Below are positions 37,646 through 50,352 of a stretch of 64,000 nt of DNA, piece after piece. Every line of letters begins with the position of its first letter. Within the stretch, counting starts at the first letter, position 1. The notes beneath the pieces were generated by a model that saw only the letters and a list, made by a program, of their open reading frames with translations, did not search any database and was not told the origin of the DNA. The translations under genes and the position numbers were made by a program. Source of the stretch: the human T2T-CHM13v2.0 reference genome, Homo sapiens; the NCBI RefSeq assembly GCF_009914755.1, contig NC_060939.1. The stretch is one strand, 5' to 3'.

Positions 37646-38207
37646 AATGTATGAAAACAGTTTGACATAGTGGCCACACATATCTATGTTGAATAAACAG
37701 CTACCATTAAGTATACCTTTGGAGGTCTAAACCAGTATTTGTAAATCAGACACTACTCCCAGAAGACTATAGGCCCTCAATAAAGGGTAGTTATTGTTAT
37801 TAGACAATAAAAGTAATTAGGGTAAAATTTTAACACAGTGCTTGGCATATAGTAAGGATTCAAAGGCACTTTTTTTAAAAAAGGCAAAGTATCATTATTA
37901 AAATAATTATGTAAGACATTAATGTAGCGAAGGTTTAACAGATATTTATGCATTTGTTAAATGAACAAGCACTCAACATAGTACCCAGTAGACGGAGCAG
38001 CGGAAAATCTAAGTATTATCTGGCCTATCTCTTACAATTAGTGTTTCTATAGTGGTAAAAAGTTTTGTTTTGTTTTGTTTTGGAGAAATAGTAGCTACTA
38101 TCTAATAAGGAATTATGAGCGGTAGGGCCAGAATATGAACTGAATGTGATATGAATAAAGTTTGTGCTTTTCATTTCATGCTGATGGCTAAATCTAACAT
38201 TTCATGT

Positions 38208-38630
38208 CTTTTTTTAATTTTTAGAATTTTTATTCTTTGAGAGTTTTTTGATACAAATGTATGGGATACATGTGAAATTTTGTTACATGTTTATAATGTG
38301 CAGTGATCAAGTCAGGGTATTTAGGGTGTCCATCTCCCAAGTACAACACATTTTTGTTTAACTATAGTAGTCACCCTACTCTGTTATTAAACATCTAATT
38401 TGTTCCTTCTATCTAGCTGTATGTTTGCACCCTTTAACTCACTTTTCTTCATCCTCCCCCAACCCTCACACCCACCCTTCCTAGTATCTGTTCTCTATCT
38501 TTCCACTCTCAACCTCCATGTGACCAGATTTTTTAGTGAGAATATGTGATGTTGGTCTTTTTGCACCTGGCTTATTCCACTTAATGACCTCCAGTTCCAT
38601 CCAAGTTGATGAAAATAACATGGTTTCATT
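38208..38630 (-). mobile_element. L1MA1/2-like 3' end
   Basis: T-tract, ACATGTGAAATTTTGTTACATG, GTGATCAAGTCAGGGTATTTAGGGTGTCCATC, GACCTCCAGTTCCATCC. Confidence 0.88.
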
Positions 38631-38784
38631 AGTCATCCACCCTTCATTCTTTATTAATTGGGAAACATTGCTGGCAAATCACTACACTGGACCCCATTCT
38701 TCAAGACACACCTCAGCTAAGCTATTTACTCTTTGCTATTGCTGGTGGAATAGCCACGAAGTGCCACCCCACGAGCTGTCACCT

Positions 38785-38960
38785 CTCTTAATGTTCACAA
38801 CTTTTGAAGGCAGGTATTATTGCCACGTGTTATACATGAGGAAGCCAGCACCCAAAGACATGAAATAACTTGCCTGGAATCACACAATTAGTATGTGACA
38901 GGGCAAGAATTTGAGGCTGAGCCTCTTGTCTGCTCCAGGTCAACACCCTGAAAGCCTCTG
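38785..38960 (-). mobile_element. MIR
   Basis: TCACAAC..TGAAGGCAGGTATTATT, AATAACTTGCCT..ATCACACA. Confidence 0.7.
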
Positions 38961-39834
38961 TGTGGCACACAGAGGCTCCTAAGGCACCAGCCTCCTATTT
39001 CTCACCCAGGAGCCCAGCTGCCAGAGACCACACAGCAAGAGAGAAAGCCTGCTCCTTCCGGTGCAATCAGAAGACAAACCCAGCACATTTTCAAATTCCA
39101 CACTGCATGGTGAAAATATTTTCATGACTTTAGCCCTACAGTATTTCAAGGACTTCCCTTCCTCTGCAGAAAACATAGATGCTGAAATTCCAAATGCCTC
39201 CCTCAAGAGAAAATAAACCTCTTGTTCTTGTTTCTTCCAAAAGAAGCTCCATTTCTTTTGGGAGAAAAGAATCAATCTCTTATCATCAAAAGAATGGATT
39301 TAACCAATATTCTTTGCCTTTTTCAGGTTTTCTTTTGCTTGGGCTCTCTCCCAACCAAAAGCCATGGAACATACTCTCCCCAAGGCACCATCAATGTGTC
39401 CTAAACACTACTACTCCCCCAGCTGGGCTGGAGATAGCTCCATCCAGCAGACCCTGCCCTGGCAGAGGTGCAGCCAGGGAACTCTCACCTAATTAAAGGA
39501 CAATCCGGCAGCTCCTACAACGTCACTTGAGTCTGGATGGAGAGAAGACAGGAAACACAGGATTCCAAAATTACAGCATGAGGCTTTTATTCCAGAGTCC
39601 CTTTCAAAGGCATGGATGTCTATTTGGGTACATGTGGTGGTCATCAGAGAAGAGTCAGAAGGCTCAGACCCCTCGGGAATGGGCAAAGCAAAGAAAGACA
39701 CAATAAGCCTGGCAAGACCTCGTATCTCAGCTTAGAATGTTTTTTTTCACTCAGTCTCATGAACAGATTTAGAAATACCATCTGCAGCTCTCCTCCAAGG
39801 TTTCTCAAAGGTCCTTGGAGTTATCTGGGGACAA

Positions 39835-40140
39835 AAATGCCAATTTTGTAAATAAAGAAACTGAAGCCAATAAGAAGGTGACTAGCTTAGGGATTTTTGG
39901 AAATTTCTTTGGGAAACTGGGAAAGAACCTATATTGGTCTCCACATCATTTTCTCTGAAGTCAGGAACTTGGATGGGCAGCTCAGGACTGCCACCTAAGC
40001 TTCAGTTTACTCACCTGTAAAATAAAGCTACTGATAATACCTACCTCATAAGGATATTGTTAGGATTAAATGAGACGACCTTGGTAAAAGGGTGTAGCAG
40101 TCAGGGGCCCATGTGGAGACAGAAAGCACACAGCAATGTG
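39835..40140. mobile_element. two MIR fragments, head to head (minus, then plus)
   Basis: TTTTGTAAATAAAGAAACTGAAGC; CTTCAGTTTACTCACCTGTAAAAT..ATACCTACCTCATAAGG..AGGATTAAATGAG. Confidence 0.7.
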
Positions 40141-42571
40141 AACTGAAAAGGTTGATTACAAAGAACTATTAATGGGAAATTAGCTAAGAAAAGGGAATTT
40201 AAAAAGAGCTCTAAAGAATACCCCAGATCTGAGAGAAAGAACCTAAGAAACAAACTTGGAAGGGGAGACCCTGCCCCCTAGGCTGGGATTCAGACCTCCT
40301 TGGAGAGGGCATGACTGCAGCACATGGATGGCAGGGAAGCTGTCGGCCAGAACGGGGCAGCAGGCAGCAGAGCAGCAAAGCACAAGAGGGAAACCTCCCC
40401 TCCTGCTGAGATGCTACCAATCAGAGAACCACACACCTGCACTGGCAAGCTGGGATAAGCACCAGTGGGTGTCCATGCACTGCTGGCCACTACACGCCTC
40501 GGGAGCAGGCCGAAAGCAGAACATCAGAACCAGGGAGAAGGTCCCCCAGGGTCCCTCCAATGCTCTGCCAGCTGGCAGTGGAGAAATGTTCCAATATGAC
40601 AAGCAAGGCCACGAGCAGTGGATTTGGAGCTGAGCAGTAATAAGCTGGTAACTGGCAAAGAGGCCTCATTATCATACATCTCCTATAGAGTCATATTGCC
40701 AGAGGATGTGGGCAGTAGGGGTGCAGCGTGAGTGCAACTGCTATCTACCTCAACTCTGAATTGGGCTTATCTTCCAAATTTGCAGATGGGCACACGTGGT
40801 TTGGGAAACAGCATTGAGTGCTACTAGAAAGCTGTGACCTCCTGCTCTACACACCAGGATCTGTGAAGCTCTCTCTCTCTCTCTGCTAAGCTGTACACTC
40901 AGGGAAAGCCTCCACAACCATTTGAGTCACCAGTTGTTCTTTCAAAGGACCCACCCAAATCCAGAGCTGTGTAAGTAACATTGATCATAGACATGGGACA
41001 GCACTGGCAAAAATAAACATAAAAAAAATAAAATCAGCTAGAATGAAATCTACTTCTGACCCCCATCTTCCTACCCAAGAGTCTCTTGTAGCCACTGTAG
41101 ATAACACAGGAAGAGGAGGAGAGGCAACTTTGCACCATCATTCCTGAACATGAGGCAATAGACACTGACTTACCTTGCAACTAGGTGGATTTGAATCAGA
41201 CCTAAAGAAAAATGTCCATAATTGCATGAGAATCATACTGGGTTTGGTAACACCTGCAAAAAGCTGCAAAGCCTTCTTTTTAAAAGAAGATGCTTTCTGA
41301 TGGCTCCAGCCTCACCCAGCTTGTGAGTAGGGGTTTGGCTGGGATAATTGCTTGAGGTACTTTCCTGCTGCCAGCTCCTATGCAGAGGTAACAATGTGTG
41401 CCATAACTCGGGATAAAACAGAAAGAGGGGCTGTGGAGGGAAGACCTTTGAGGGCCTCATTTCCCTTCCCAGCATGTGCCAAGGACAGTCCCTCGCAACA
41501 GCCCCAGGAGTCCTTAGCGGGAAGCTGTTTCAGGCCCCACGGGAGACAGCAATAACCCACCATTACTGGATAAACAGTCCAGGACAAAATAACTGAGAAA
41601 TGATGACATTCTGAAATAACGCAGCAGTTCTTGTGTCCAGGAATTTCTCTTTGAGGAAGAAAACAAGGGGCCTCCTACTTGGCTGTGTGATTGGCAGGGG
41701 AGAAAGAGCATATTTCAGCTCAGTATGTATAGATGTGCTCCAGGCTGGGCTGGGCTGGGCTGCAGTTTTTCCATCTACATTTTTGAGGAGCTTCCAATTT
41801 CTTCTGAATAAACATTTTCCAAATAATCCTGCCTGAAAACTGTCCCTCATCAACTTAGAACATGCTTTCCTTTCTCAAGGTGATGCCACAAGGGAGTTGT
41901 CAAGACCCATAGTACCCCACTAGCCTGGAAGAACTTGTCTGAAAACTTTGGTGGAGCTTTTCAGAATCACAAGGCTCTAGAACAAGGTGGGGTAGATCTC
42001 CCAGAGCTTGTACCTTGTACTTTAAAATGAACTTGAAAATGAACACTCCAACTGGCTTATTTTCCAAATGAGGCATCCAGGGCTCAATGTGGTAATGAAC
42101 TTGTCTGAGAACACACAGTCAGCTAACAGTAAGTAGTGAATCTGACATTTCTCTCTCCCTTACCTCACCCTGGGCCTTCCTCCAACCCCATATTCCAGAT
42201 ACCCTAAAGCATCCAGAGATGAGCGTCCAGATAATCTTGTTTGGTTTTTTTTGCCTGTCTGTCCTGAGTTCAACCAGTCATGAAAAATGACTTTGGTTGG
42301 ATAGGACACAGCAGGAGTAGTGGTCAGGGCTATGGCTAGATTTAGGGCAAGGGCTAGGGTTTGGGCTAGGATGGAGTTAAGAGAATAATCCAAAAATAAA
42401 GTAGCATCCTCCCTAAATGTATCTCAGTTTCCATTTTCATCTGGTCTGTCCTAGGTCCTTGGATATTAATAATATGAACAAAATTAGCAAACAGAGACAT
42501 AAACTGACCAGTTTTAGAAGGAAGAGTATATAGCTTGGTTACTCTACAGTATCATGGTACTAAAACCAGTG

Positions 42572-43096
42572 TGTATCTGTTATCAATTACTGTGTAACAA
42601 ACTACCCCCAACGTGCTTAAAATGCAACCATTTTATTGCATAAACGTCTTGAAGGTTAGGAATTTGGGCAATGCTCAACAGGAACAGCTCATCTGTGTTG
42701 CACATGGTGTTGGCCAAGGCAGCTAAGCTGGGGCTGGAGAATCTAAGAAGGTCTCACTCGCACGCCTGGGCCATGGTGCTGGCTGTTAGCTGGAGAGCCT
42801 CTCTCTCCATGTGGCCTCCCCCTCCAGCAGAATTGCCTGGACTTCTGTACATGATGGTTGGGATCCAAGAGGGAAAGTGGAAGATGCAAGGCCTCTTTAA
42901 GGTCTGAGCACGGAAGCCCCAGAACCTCACTTCCAACACATTCTATCGGACAAAGCAAGTCCCAAGGCCAGCTGGAATCAATGTGGGGAGAGAGGCTCTA
43001 CCACTTAACAGGAGAGCAGCAAAGTTATGTTGCAAGGGTTGTGGACATAGGGAGGGAAGACTTTGGAGCAGACCAATTTTTGTCATTGTCTCCATA
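42572..43096 (-). mobile_element. MaLR solo LTR (MLT1H class)
   Basis: TGTGTAACAAACTACCCC, GGAATTTGGGCA, TCTCTCCATGTGG, ATTCTATCGGACAAAGCAAGTC.CAAGGCCAGC. Confidence 0.82.
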
Positions 43097-43149
43097 ATGC
43101 TTGTCACGGGGAAGGATAGTCTGATATAACAGAGAGAGAAGAGGGACCC

Positions 43150-43345
43150 AGTGTGGTGTGAGATCTGAGTCTACTCTCTGCCCTTTGCTGTCAGTGTGGC
43201 CTCAGGCAAGTCACCTCCAGAGCTCCCTATAAGATAGGAACTTTCTTCTAAAATAGGGATATAGTGGCTTAGCGGGGAAGAACAAATAAGATACATGAAA
43301 TAAAAACACGTTGAAAACTGTGGGCTATAGTGCAATTCTAAAAAT
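43150..43345 (+). mobile_element. MIR
   Basis: ATCTGAGT, TGTGGCCTCAGGCAAGTCAC, TAAAATAGGGAT. Confidence 0.55.
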
Positions 43346-44659
43346 GTTTAATCTATATATTAACACTGTATTACCTTATTCATACCTTTCCTCTAACAAG
43401 CATTCAAGGCAAATGGTGGCTGGCTGGCAGAGGGGCATTAGACAGTCTTGAAAAGAGCTGTCCTGTCCCCCAATCTGAGGCTGCAAACCCAGCTTCGCAC
43501 TTTCTAACATGGTGAATCCCTCCCCTTCCCTGACTTCCAGTGTCTTCATTGGTAAAATTACATTTCGGTGAGGATTAGGGTTTTTGTAACTTTGATTTTT
43601 ATAAAGATTATCCCAAAATTCCCCAATCAATACTAAAATTATTTTAATCACCATTATTGTTCAAACGTTTAGATTGTGACCAAATCTGAAACTCACAACT
43701 TGAACAGTCAAAATTCCTAGAAAAGTACCAGTTTAACCTCTGCCAGAATGGCTTTTTAGACTTAGATTTTATTTTTGAAACAAAACCAAAACTAGAACCT
43801 TTAAGTTAAGATCCTCTAAAAAAAAAAAAGAAAGGAAAAAGAAAAAAAGAAAAAGCCCTGTTACTGAAGTTGGGTTTTGTGATTGGGAGTGTGAGAAGTT
43901 CCATCTCAAGCAGCAGCCACCTCCTTTTGGCCTCGGGCTGCTGGGCCACCACTGTGGCCAGGGAGTGTCTTCTTTGGGCCCATGGTTTGGGCAGAGACAC
44001 AGACACCATGCTTTATATAACTTATCCCACCCCAGGAGCTAGTCTTCCTGCCAGTCACAGGGGCCACAGAATCATATCTAGGTATTTAAGCCCAGGTCTG
44101 GCAACTCAGGAAAGATGAAATGGAGAGTTCTGCTCCCACCCACCACTCTGCAAATGCTTGACCTGGGTGTAGCTGCTCTGCTGTGCTTTGGTGGTATTCA
44201 GTCAGGCTGAAGAAGTCTTCCCCATTCACACTGTGCTCAAATCCCACCCGTCCTCCAGCCCCATTCTCTCTTGCTGCTGCTTGGACCTGGCCTCAGGGCT
44301 CATGATCAGCACTGGACTTGGCTGCTCACACAAATTGGTGTGGACAGCCCTGAGGACCGGGGTCCTGGGAAAGGGAAAGAGGGCGAGGAGATGACTAATG
44401 AAAAAGGAGGGCTCCTGACATGCTTGGCTTCCTCCAGCCAAGCAGAGCCTAATCCTGAACAGAACTGAGGGGATGGGCTCTTGAGACAAAGCAGTCCCCA
44501 GATGTAGTCAGGTTTTCTCCTGATCTATATTTGAGGATTCTTTAGAAAGCTCACTTTGAACTTGAGCAGTAGAAAGCCAGAAACCATCATGGTTTCTGAA
44601 AAGAGCAACAGGAGTGTGTAATTGATACTTTCATTTAAGCTATGATGATCAGTTAATGT

Positions 44660-44792
44660 TAGTTATCCACCCTGGCTGTAGAATCACCTGGGGAGTTTTT
44701 TAATTTCCTGCCTAGACTTAATCAGTTTAATTGGTCTGGTGTGTTAAGTACTGCAGGTGACTCTAATAGGCATCAGGATTGCGAGTTCTAAG
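44660..44792. mobile_element. MER5-family (MER5A1/B-like) fragment
   Basis: CCTGGCTG.AGAATCACCTGGGGAG, TTTAATTGGTCTGG, CAGGTGACTCTAAT. Confidence 0.65.
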
Positions 44793-44814
44793 TTAGAGGG
44801 AGTGAGCCTAGAGC

Positions 44815-44995
44815 CATGATTCTCAAATCTCAGCATGCCTTAGAATCACGTGCAGGGGCTGGTTGGAGCACAGATCGCTGAGCCCTACCCTCCGAATTTC
44901 TGATTCATTAGATTTGTGGTAGGGCCGAGAATCTGTGTTTCTGACAAGTTCCCAGGTGATGCTGATTGATGCTGATCAGAAACCACACCACAGCC
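44815..44995. mobile_element. MER5A hAT-Charlie MITE
   Basis: TTCTCAAA..AGAATCAC, CACAGATCGCTG, TTTCTGATTCA, TTTCTGACAAGTTCCCAGGTGATGCTGAT. Confidence 0.85.
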
Positions 44996-45982
44996 AGAAA
45001 ACAACCTGATGCTACCAGGTGGAGGCTTTGAGCTCTGGCCTGGGGTTACAGCAGTGCTAATGAGGGCAGCAGATACATCTGAGGCATTTGAGAGGCAGGA
45101 CACGTGGCTCTCCAGGTATTGGTTTGCACGATTAGTCAGCAATGGCAGGTGGTGTGAGAATAGGCTTGGTGATGTGGCTTTGAGCCTCATCTGCACAGAG
45201 ACAGAACACCTTGGAGATGGTGTATGTCTCTTTTGATTTCATACAGCTAGAGGTCAGATTTCTTTGCCTTGCATTCCAAACTACTATTGAGTAGAATTCT
45301 TAATATAAATCAATGCCATCCAAATGGTGAACTCGATTTATAATGCTTTGGAAACATTTGCCACTCTTTTCTAAAAACACATTGAGTTTTTCCAGATCTG
45401 GGTGAAACTTTCCTCCCACTTACAAACTTTCATCCTGTGTTGTTCAGCCAGCTTAAGTTTCTCTTGCCAGTGTCCAAACTCAAAAGGAGACTATACAGTA
45501 TCATTGCTGAAAGAAACTTAAGGTCAGCATCAAGTTACTACAGAATTGTGGGGAATTCCAGTAAAATCACACAGTAGGAGAATCTGGCTCATGTCGTCGC
45601 AAGTATATGGTTCTTGCTGAGATAAGCTATGACCAGGGAATTCCTATTTGGGAAAAAGAATGTTCCTTTGAAGCAATTTAGCTATTCCTTCCTCGGAGAA
45701 AGTCTAAGCTAAATAACCACCCTTGAGAAGGCAATATAAATAAGATAGTAACAGCATTAGCTTTATCTAGTACAGGGCCCTTGCAAGTCCAATCCAGTTA
45801 GCACATGTTTAAGGCAAGCAAAATTTTTCAAGAAAAAAAATGAGTCAAGATGATTTAACAAGATAGACTGTCATTCAGCCAGCCATTTGGGTCACGCAGT
45901 GACACCAGATAGGTGACAGAGGGGTGGGGAAAGACAGCTCTGGAGCCTACCTGGCAAAAAAAAATCCACACAGATAAGAGGG

Positions 45983-46343
45983 TGTATTAGTCCATTCTCA
46001 CACTGCTATAAAGAACTGCCCGAGACCAGGCAATGTATAAGGCAAAAAGGTTTAACTGACTCACAGTTCCACATGGCTGGGGAGTCCTCAGGATACTTAC
46101 AATCATGGTAGAAGGCGAAGGGGAAGCAAGACACTTCCTTCACAAGGCAGCAGGAGCGAGTAATACAAGCAGGTGAAATGCCGGACACTTATAAAACCAT
46201 GAGATCTCGTGAGAGCTCCTTCATTATCACGAGAACAGCACAGGGGAAACCGCCCCCATGATCCAGTCACTTCCCTCCCTCAACAGGTGGGAATTATAAT
46301 TCGAGATGAGATTTGAGTGGGGACACAGAGCCAAACCATATTA
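45983..46343 (-). mobile_element. MaLR solo LTR, THE1D/C-like
   Basis: TGTATTAGTCCATTCTCACACTGCTATAAAG ... GAGATTTGAGTGGGGACACAGAGCCAAACCATATTA; near TSD GAGGG/GAGAG. Confidence 0.93.
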
Positions 46344-46544
46344 GAGAGAAATGCGGCATATTCCCCAGGCTGGCCTACTCGACTTCTTTCAAACATACTG
46401 GCAATGAGCTGAGAAAGCCCTGAGCATAGGGGCTTATGGATTTGTCTCTCATTGTTAATATTCTTGCTTTGGGGAGGAACCCAAATGGCAAGCAAGTGTG
46501 GCTTCCCAAAACAGCCAGGTTTGGGACGCTCTGATTGTGGGCCC

Positions 46545-46700
46545 ATTCATTCATTCATTCATTAGTTCATTCTACAGACGTCACTTGACTGCCCATTACA
46601 TGCCAGGCCCTGTCTAGGCAGGGGTGTGACAGAGACAAGTTAAATGTCAGTGGTTCTTGTCCTCAGGGAAGTCAGAGTCCAGAAACCAGAAGAGATGACT
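46545..46700 (-). mobile_element. L2 3' end
   Basis: (CATT)n tail, ATGCCAGGCCCTGT.CTAGGC, CTTGTCCTCAGGGA. Confidence 0.7.
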
Positions 46701-47107
46701 GACCATTTGGTGGGCCTGCAATAAAGGCAGATCATCTGCATTAACAGCTGAAAAAGTGCCACTAGGTTTGTCAAAATCAAGTTTAAAAATAAATACATAA
46801 AAGGTTGGCCCCTCGGTCTGGCTGGCAGACATCAACCTATTGACAGCAGGCAAGAATGAAGAAAAATCAGCTAATTTTGCTTTTTTATTGCCAAAATTAA
46901 ATGTAAGTGGGAAAGAAAACTTGCCACAAAAGCATTATAAAAATCTGGCCTTCAAAAAATAGTCTGTAATTAATTAGGCCACGGTCCTCCCAGAGGTTGA
47001 TTGTACTAAATAACAAAACATGTCTCTCATGCTCTCAATTCAAAAAAGTAGGCCTGGTGCAATAGAAGACTGCGAGCTCAGGGAAGTGGGCAGAGAACTT
47101 CAAGTAA

Positions 47108-47325
47108 TCAATAATTGCTAATATTTCCTGGGGGTTTACCATGTGCCTGGTACTATTCTAAGCAGTATTCTACATAGTAACTCATTAATCTTCACAGCTG
47201 CCGTATAAAATGGTACTGCTACCAGCCTCATTTTACAGAGGAAGAAACAGGCACACAAAGGCTAGGTAACATGCTGATGGTCACACAGCTAGTTCATGGC
47301 AGAGCTATGGATTGAGCTGAGTCTG
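47108..47325 (-). mobile_element. MIR
   Basis: TTACCATGTGCCTGGTACTATTCTAAGC, CATTTTACAGAGGAAGAAAC, GGTCACACAGCTAGT. Confidence 0.88.
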
Positions 47326-47399
47326 TGCAAAGGGCCCTGATAGCCTGGCTTTCCCTGTAGCTCCAAAGGGGCATGTCTGTGATTTTGGCAGCATAAACT

Positions 47400-47600
47400 A
47401 GTGATGTAGCAGGAATTTTAGACCAGAAAGCTTGAGCTTGGATCCTGATTCTACCACTCAGTGGTGTATGATTTTTGGTAAGTTATTTCACTTCTTGAGT
47501 CACTGTGTCCTCATTTGTCAAAAAGTACTAGCAATCACTTTTAAGATTGTCATGAGGATTAAATGAGATAAAAATGAAATCTACACGGAATTCCTTGCCT
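47400..47600 (+). mobile_element. MIR
   Basis: ATCCTGATTCTACCACT, GTAAGTTATTT, CCTCATTTGT, TGAGGATTAAATGAGAT. Confidence 0.75.
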
Positions 47601-48809
47601 AGGAGGGAGCAGTTTTGCCTGACCATGATGTTTGTTCCATACCTGTGAGTTTCAATTACAGTTCATCCAAGAAGTCACATGTTATCCAGAGATGCTTCAA
47701 AGCTGTGACGATTCACACATTAGCAGGTCTGATTCATCTGCATCCCATGGTAAAAGCCAGTTTCCTAATTTTCCAGACCTTCTGTTCAACTCAGAATTAT
47801 TTACTTTAAAATACCAGAAAGTACAGTCATTAATTTAACCAAGGAGATTAGCAGCTTGTATCACTACAATTGTAGAGAAATTTGAAGAGTTCTGGATTGT
47901 ATAAGATGACTGAGCCCTCTTATTAGCAACAGAAGTCTCATCCTAATCCAAACAATGACCAAATACCATGGAGGTGAAAAAGGGTTCACAAGGAACTGAT
48001 ATTGTATGCATACGTGCATTCACAGTAGAAAAAGGTATTCGCATTTTCACAGAGCTTTAGGACTGGGAACAGCTACATAGAAGTCCTAAAGATCCCCTAA
48101 TGCAAATATCTCCCTAATGTTTGCAGTGGTTAGATGAAATGTGAGCTGAGGATCCTTCACCTTAATATTCTATGATTCTTTAATAAAGCATATTGATTTC
48201 TTATAAACATCTTCAGTGCTCATTTCTACACCCTGCTCTATGCTTGGTGCTCAGTCAGTATCAAACTGATGAATTCTGAGACTTTCCAAACAGACTACAG
48301 GTAATTAAGTTGGGTTCTATACAGTTCAAAGTATTAAAACTCTAAAATAATACTCAAAATCAATGTGTGCCTTTTACTGGAGAGAAGGTATACAATTTTC
48401 ACTATCTCCCCATGGGGTTTGTAAACAGACCCCAAAAAATACATGTATTAAAAACTGGGTTTCTATAGATAGACTGGCCAAATTGTGCTAGTGCAGGCCA
48501 CCTTTTTAGAATCAGCATATAATGCTTATGTGGAAAATAAAATAAACTCTGATATATTTGCAAATAACAAACTTCAGCTGCCTAGAGCAGAAAAATTTGG
48601 AGTTTGCTACTGAGTTGGGAACACAAATGAGCAGCATGCACACACCAACATGAAATACAAGGTTCTGCTATATATCTCTTGGCTTTTGTATTTCTAACAT
48701 GAATATTCATAGCTCGTTCTTTGATTGCTCTTCCATTTATTCAGAGCCACACTATTTTATACCTAACTATAGGGATATTAAATATCAGAAAAACAATATA
48801 ATAAAGAGA

Positions 48810-49045
48810 CAACAGATTTTGTGTCAGACACACCTGGGTTCGAATTTGAATTCACATGTTATTACCTAGATGCCTTGGACAAGTCATTCAGCATCCCTGA
48901 GCTTCAGCATCCTCACCTAGAAAGTACAGGTATTAATGCAAACCACATAGAGTTTCTCTGAGGACAAATGAAATAATGTACAGAACATACCTAAAACATT
49001 GCCAAGGATGTAGTAGATACTCCATAAATACTTGTTGAAATGAAG
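48810..49045 (+). mobile_element. MIR
   Basis: GTCAGACACACCTGGGTTCGAAT, CCTTGGACAAGTCATT, CTGAGCTTCAG..TCCTCACCT. Confidence 0.85.
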
Positions 49046-49194
49046 CTAGGAAAGAATGTTCTTATCTTATTGAAAACCACTGAAAGCAGATTAAGACCTA
49101 CAAGGATTATTCAGCAACAACTACAATGATATTTTTGTCTTGAAGTCTGGAGGGAAGGATTTCAACAGATACCACAGTCTAGTGGGTGATACAA

Positions 49195-49460
49195 ACATCC
49201 ATTCATTCATTCAAAAGTATTCACTGAGTGTCACTATATGCCAGGGATACGATGAGGAATAGACAAACATTAATGAATATATAAATAAATGTAAGAATGA
49301 AACTGACAAGGGCTCAAAAGAAAGATTCTTGACACAAGAGTCTGTAATATGGAGGAGTCACAGGGGCATGGAGATAGGGACACTTGGCCTGAGATCTGAA
49401 TGACAAGTGAGTGGATTCCAGTAAGAAAAGTGGGGAGCAAGAGAATTCCAGGCTGGTGAT
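49195..49460 (-). mobile_element. L2 3' end
   Basis: (CATT)n, AGTATTCACTGAGTG..CTATATGCCAGG, CTGAGATCTGAATGA. Confidence 0.7.
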
Positions 49461-50324
49461 TTCAGTCATGATGGAGAGGAGATAGGGCAATGGCTAGAGA
49501 TGAGCAGTCAAGTTAGAGTATTAGCATTATTGTTACTGGAAGTTTTGAATGAAATACCAAAGCAACAGATAGAACATGCCAAACATAAGGCAAGTGATCA
49601 AAGGAGGTATTCTTAAACCAGTTGCATAACCTTTTTATAATTCTTCACCCGTCGTGAGACACTAAACAGGTCAGGGGTTATTGGAGATGAGGTGTTTTGG
49701 AGACAGCTGTTGGTATGCTATGCGCCCTACCCCACTCCAAGAGACAAAGCATGGGAGGTTTCCTTTCTGTAGGTTTGTTCATCACCTCAAACCTACAGAA
49801 AGGAGTTTCCCAAAGCAACTTGGAAAGCTTCATCTGAGACCCCCTAATGTTCAGGGAATAGTGAGGACTGGTGTTTAACCCAGCTGGGTGGCTGACCAGA
49901 TGCTCTGATGGGACAGCAAATGTATTGTTGCTGCTGCAGTGAGATCAGCCTCTGCTCAAGAGAAGATCCAGAGAGGCAGAGTCCAGACCAGTCTAAGGCT
50001 CCAATATTGAGCCACCTCCCACAGAAGGAAGCTGAAGACACCAACTGAGCCCCCTCTGATTACAAAAGCCTTACTAGCCACTCTAGCCTCTAGTGACCAT
50101 CCATTCTGCACTTCCCTCCAGGACCAGAAAAGTACAAAAAATGATAGCATTTCATCAATACCATCTAAAGCCACTTTGAACATTTGTGAGGTTAAAATCA
50201 CGGCAAAACAGTTACCCATGAGCAAAAAGATAGGACTATGATGGTATGGACAGAGACATTAGAGATATTTAAAGTTCTAGTTTTTCTGGGTTTTTTTTTC
50301 CTCTTTGGTAATGTTGTGGTGGCT

Positions 50325-50352
50325 GTTTTTGTTTGTTTGTTTGTTTGTTTTG
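50325..50352. repeat. (TTTG)n microsatellite
   Basis: read directly from the sequence. Confidence 0.9.
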
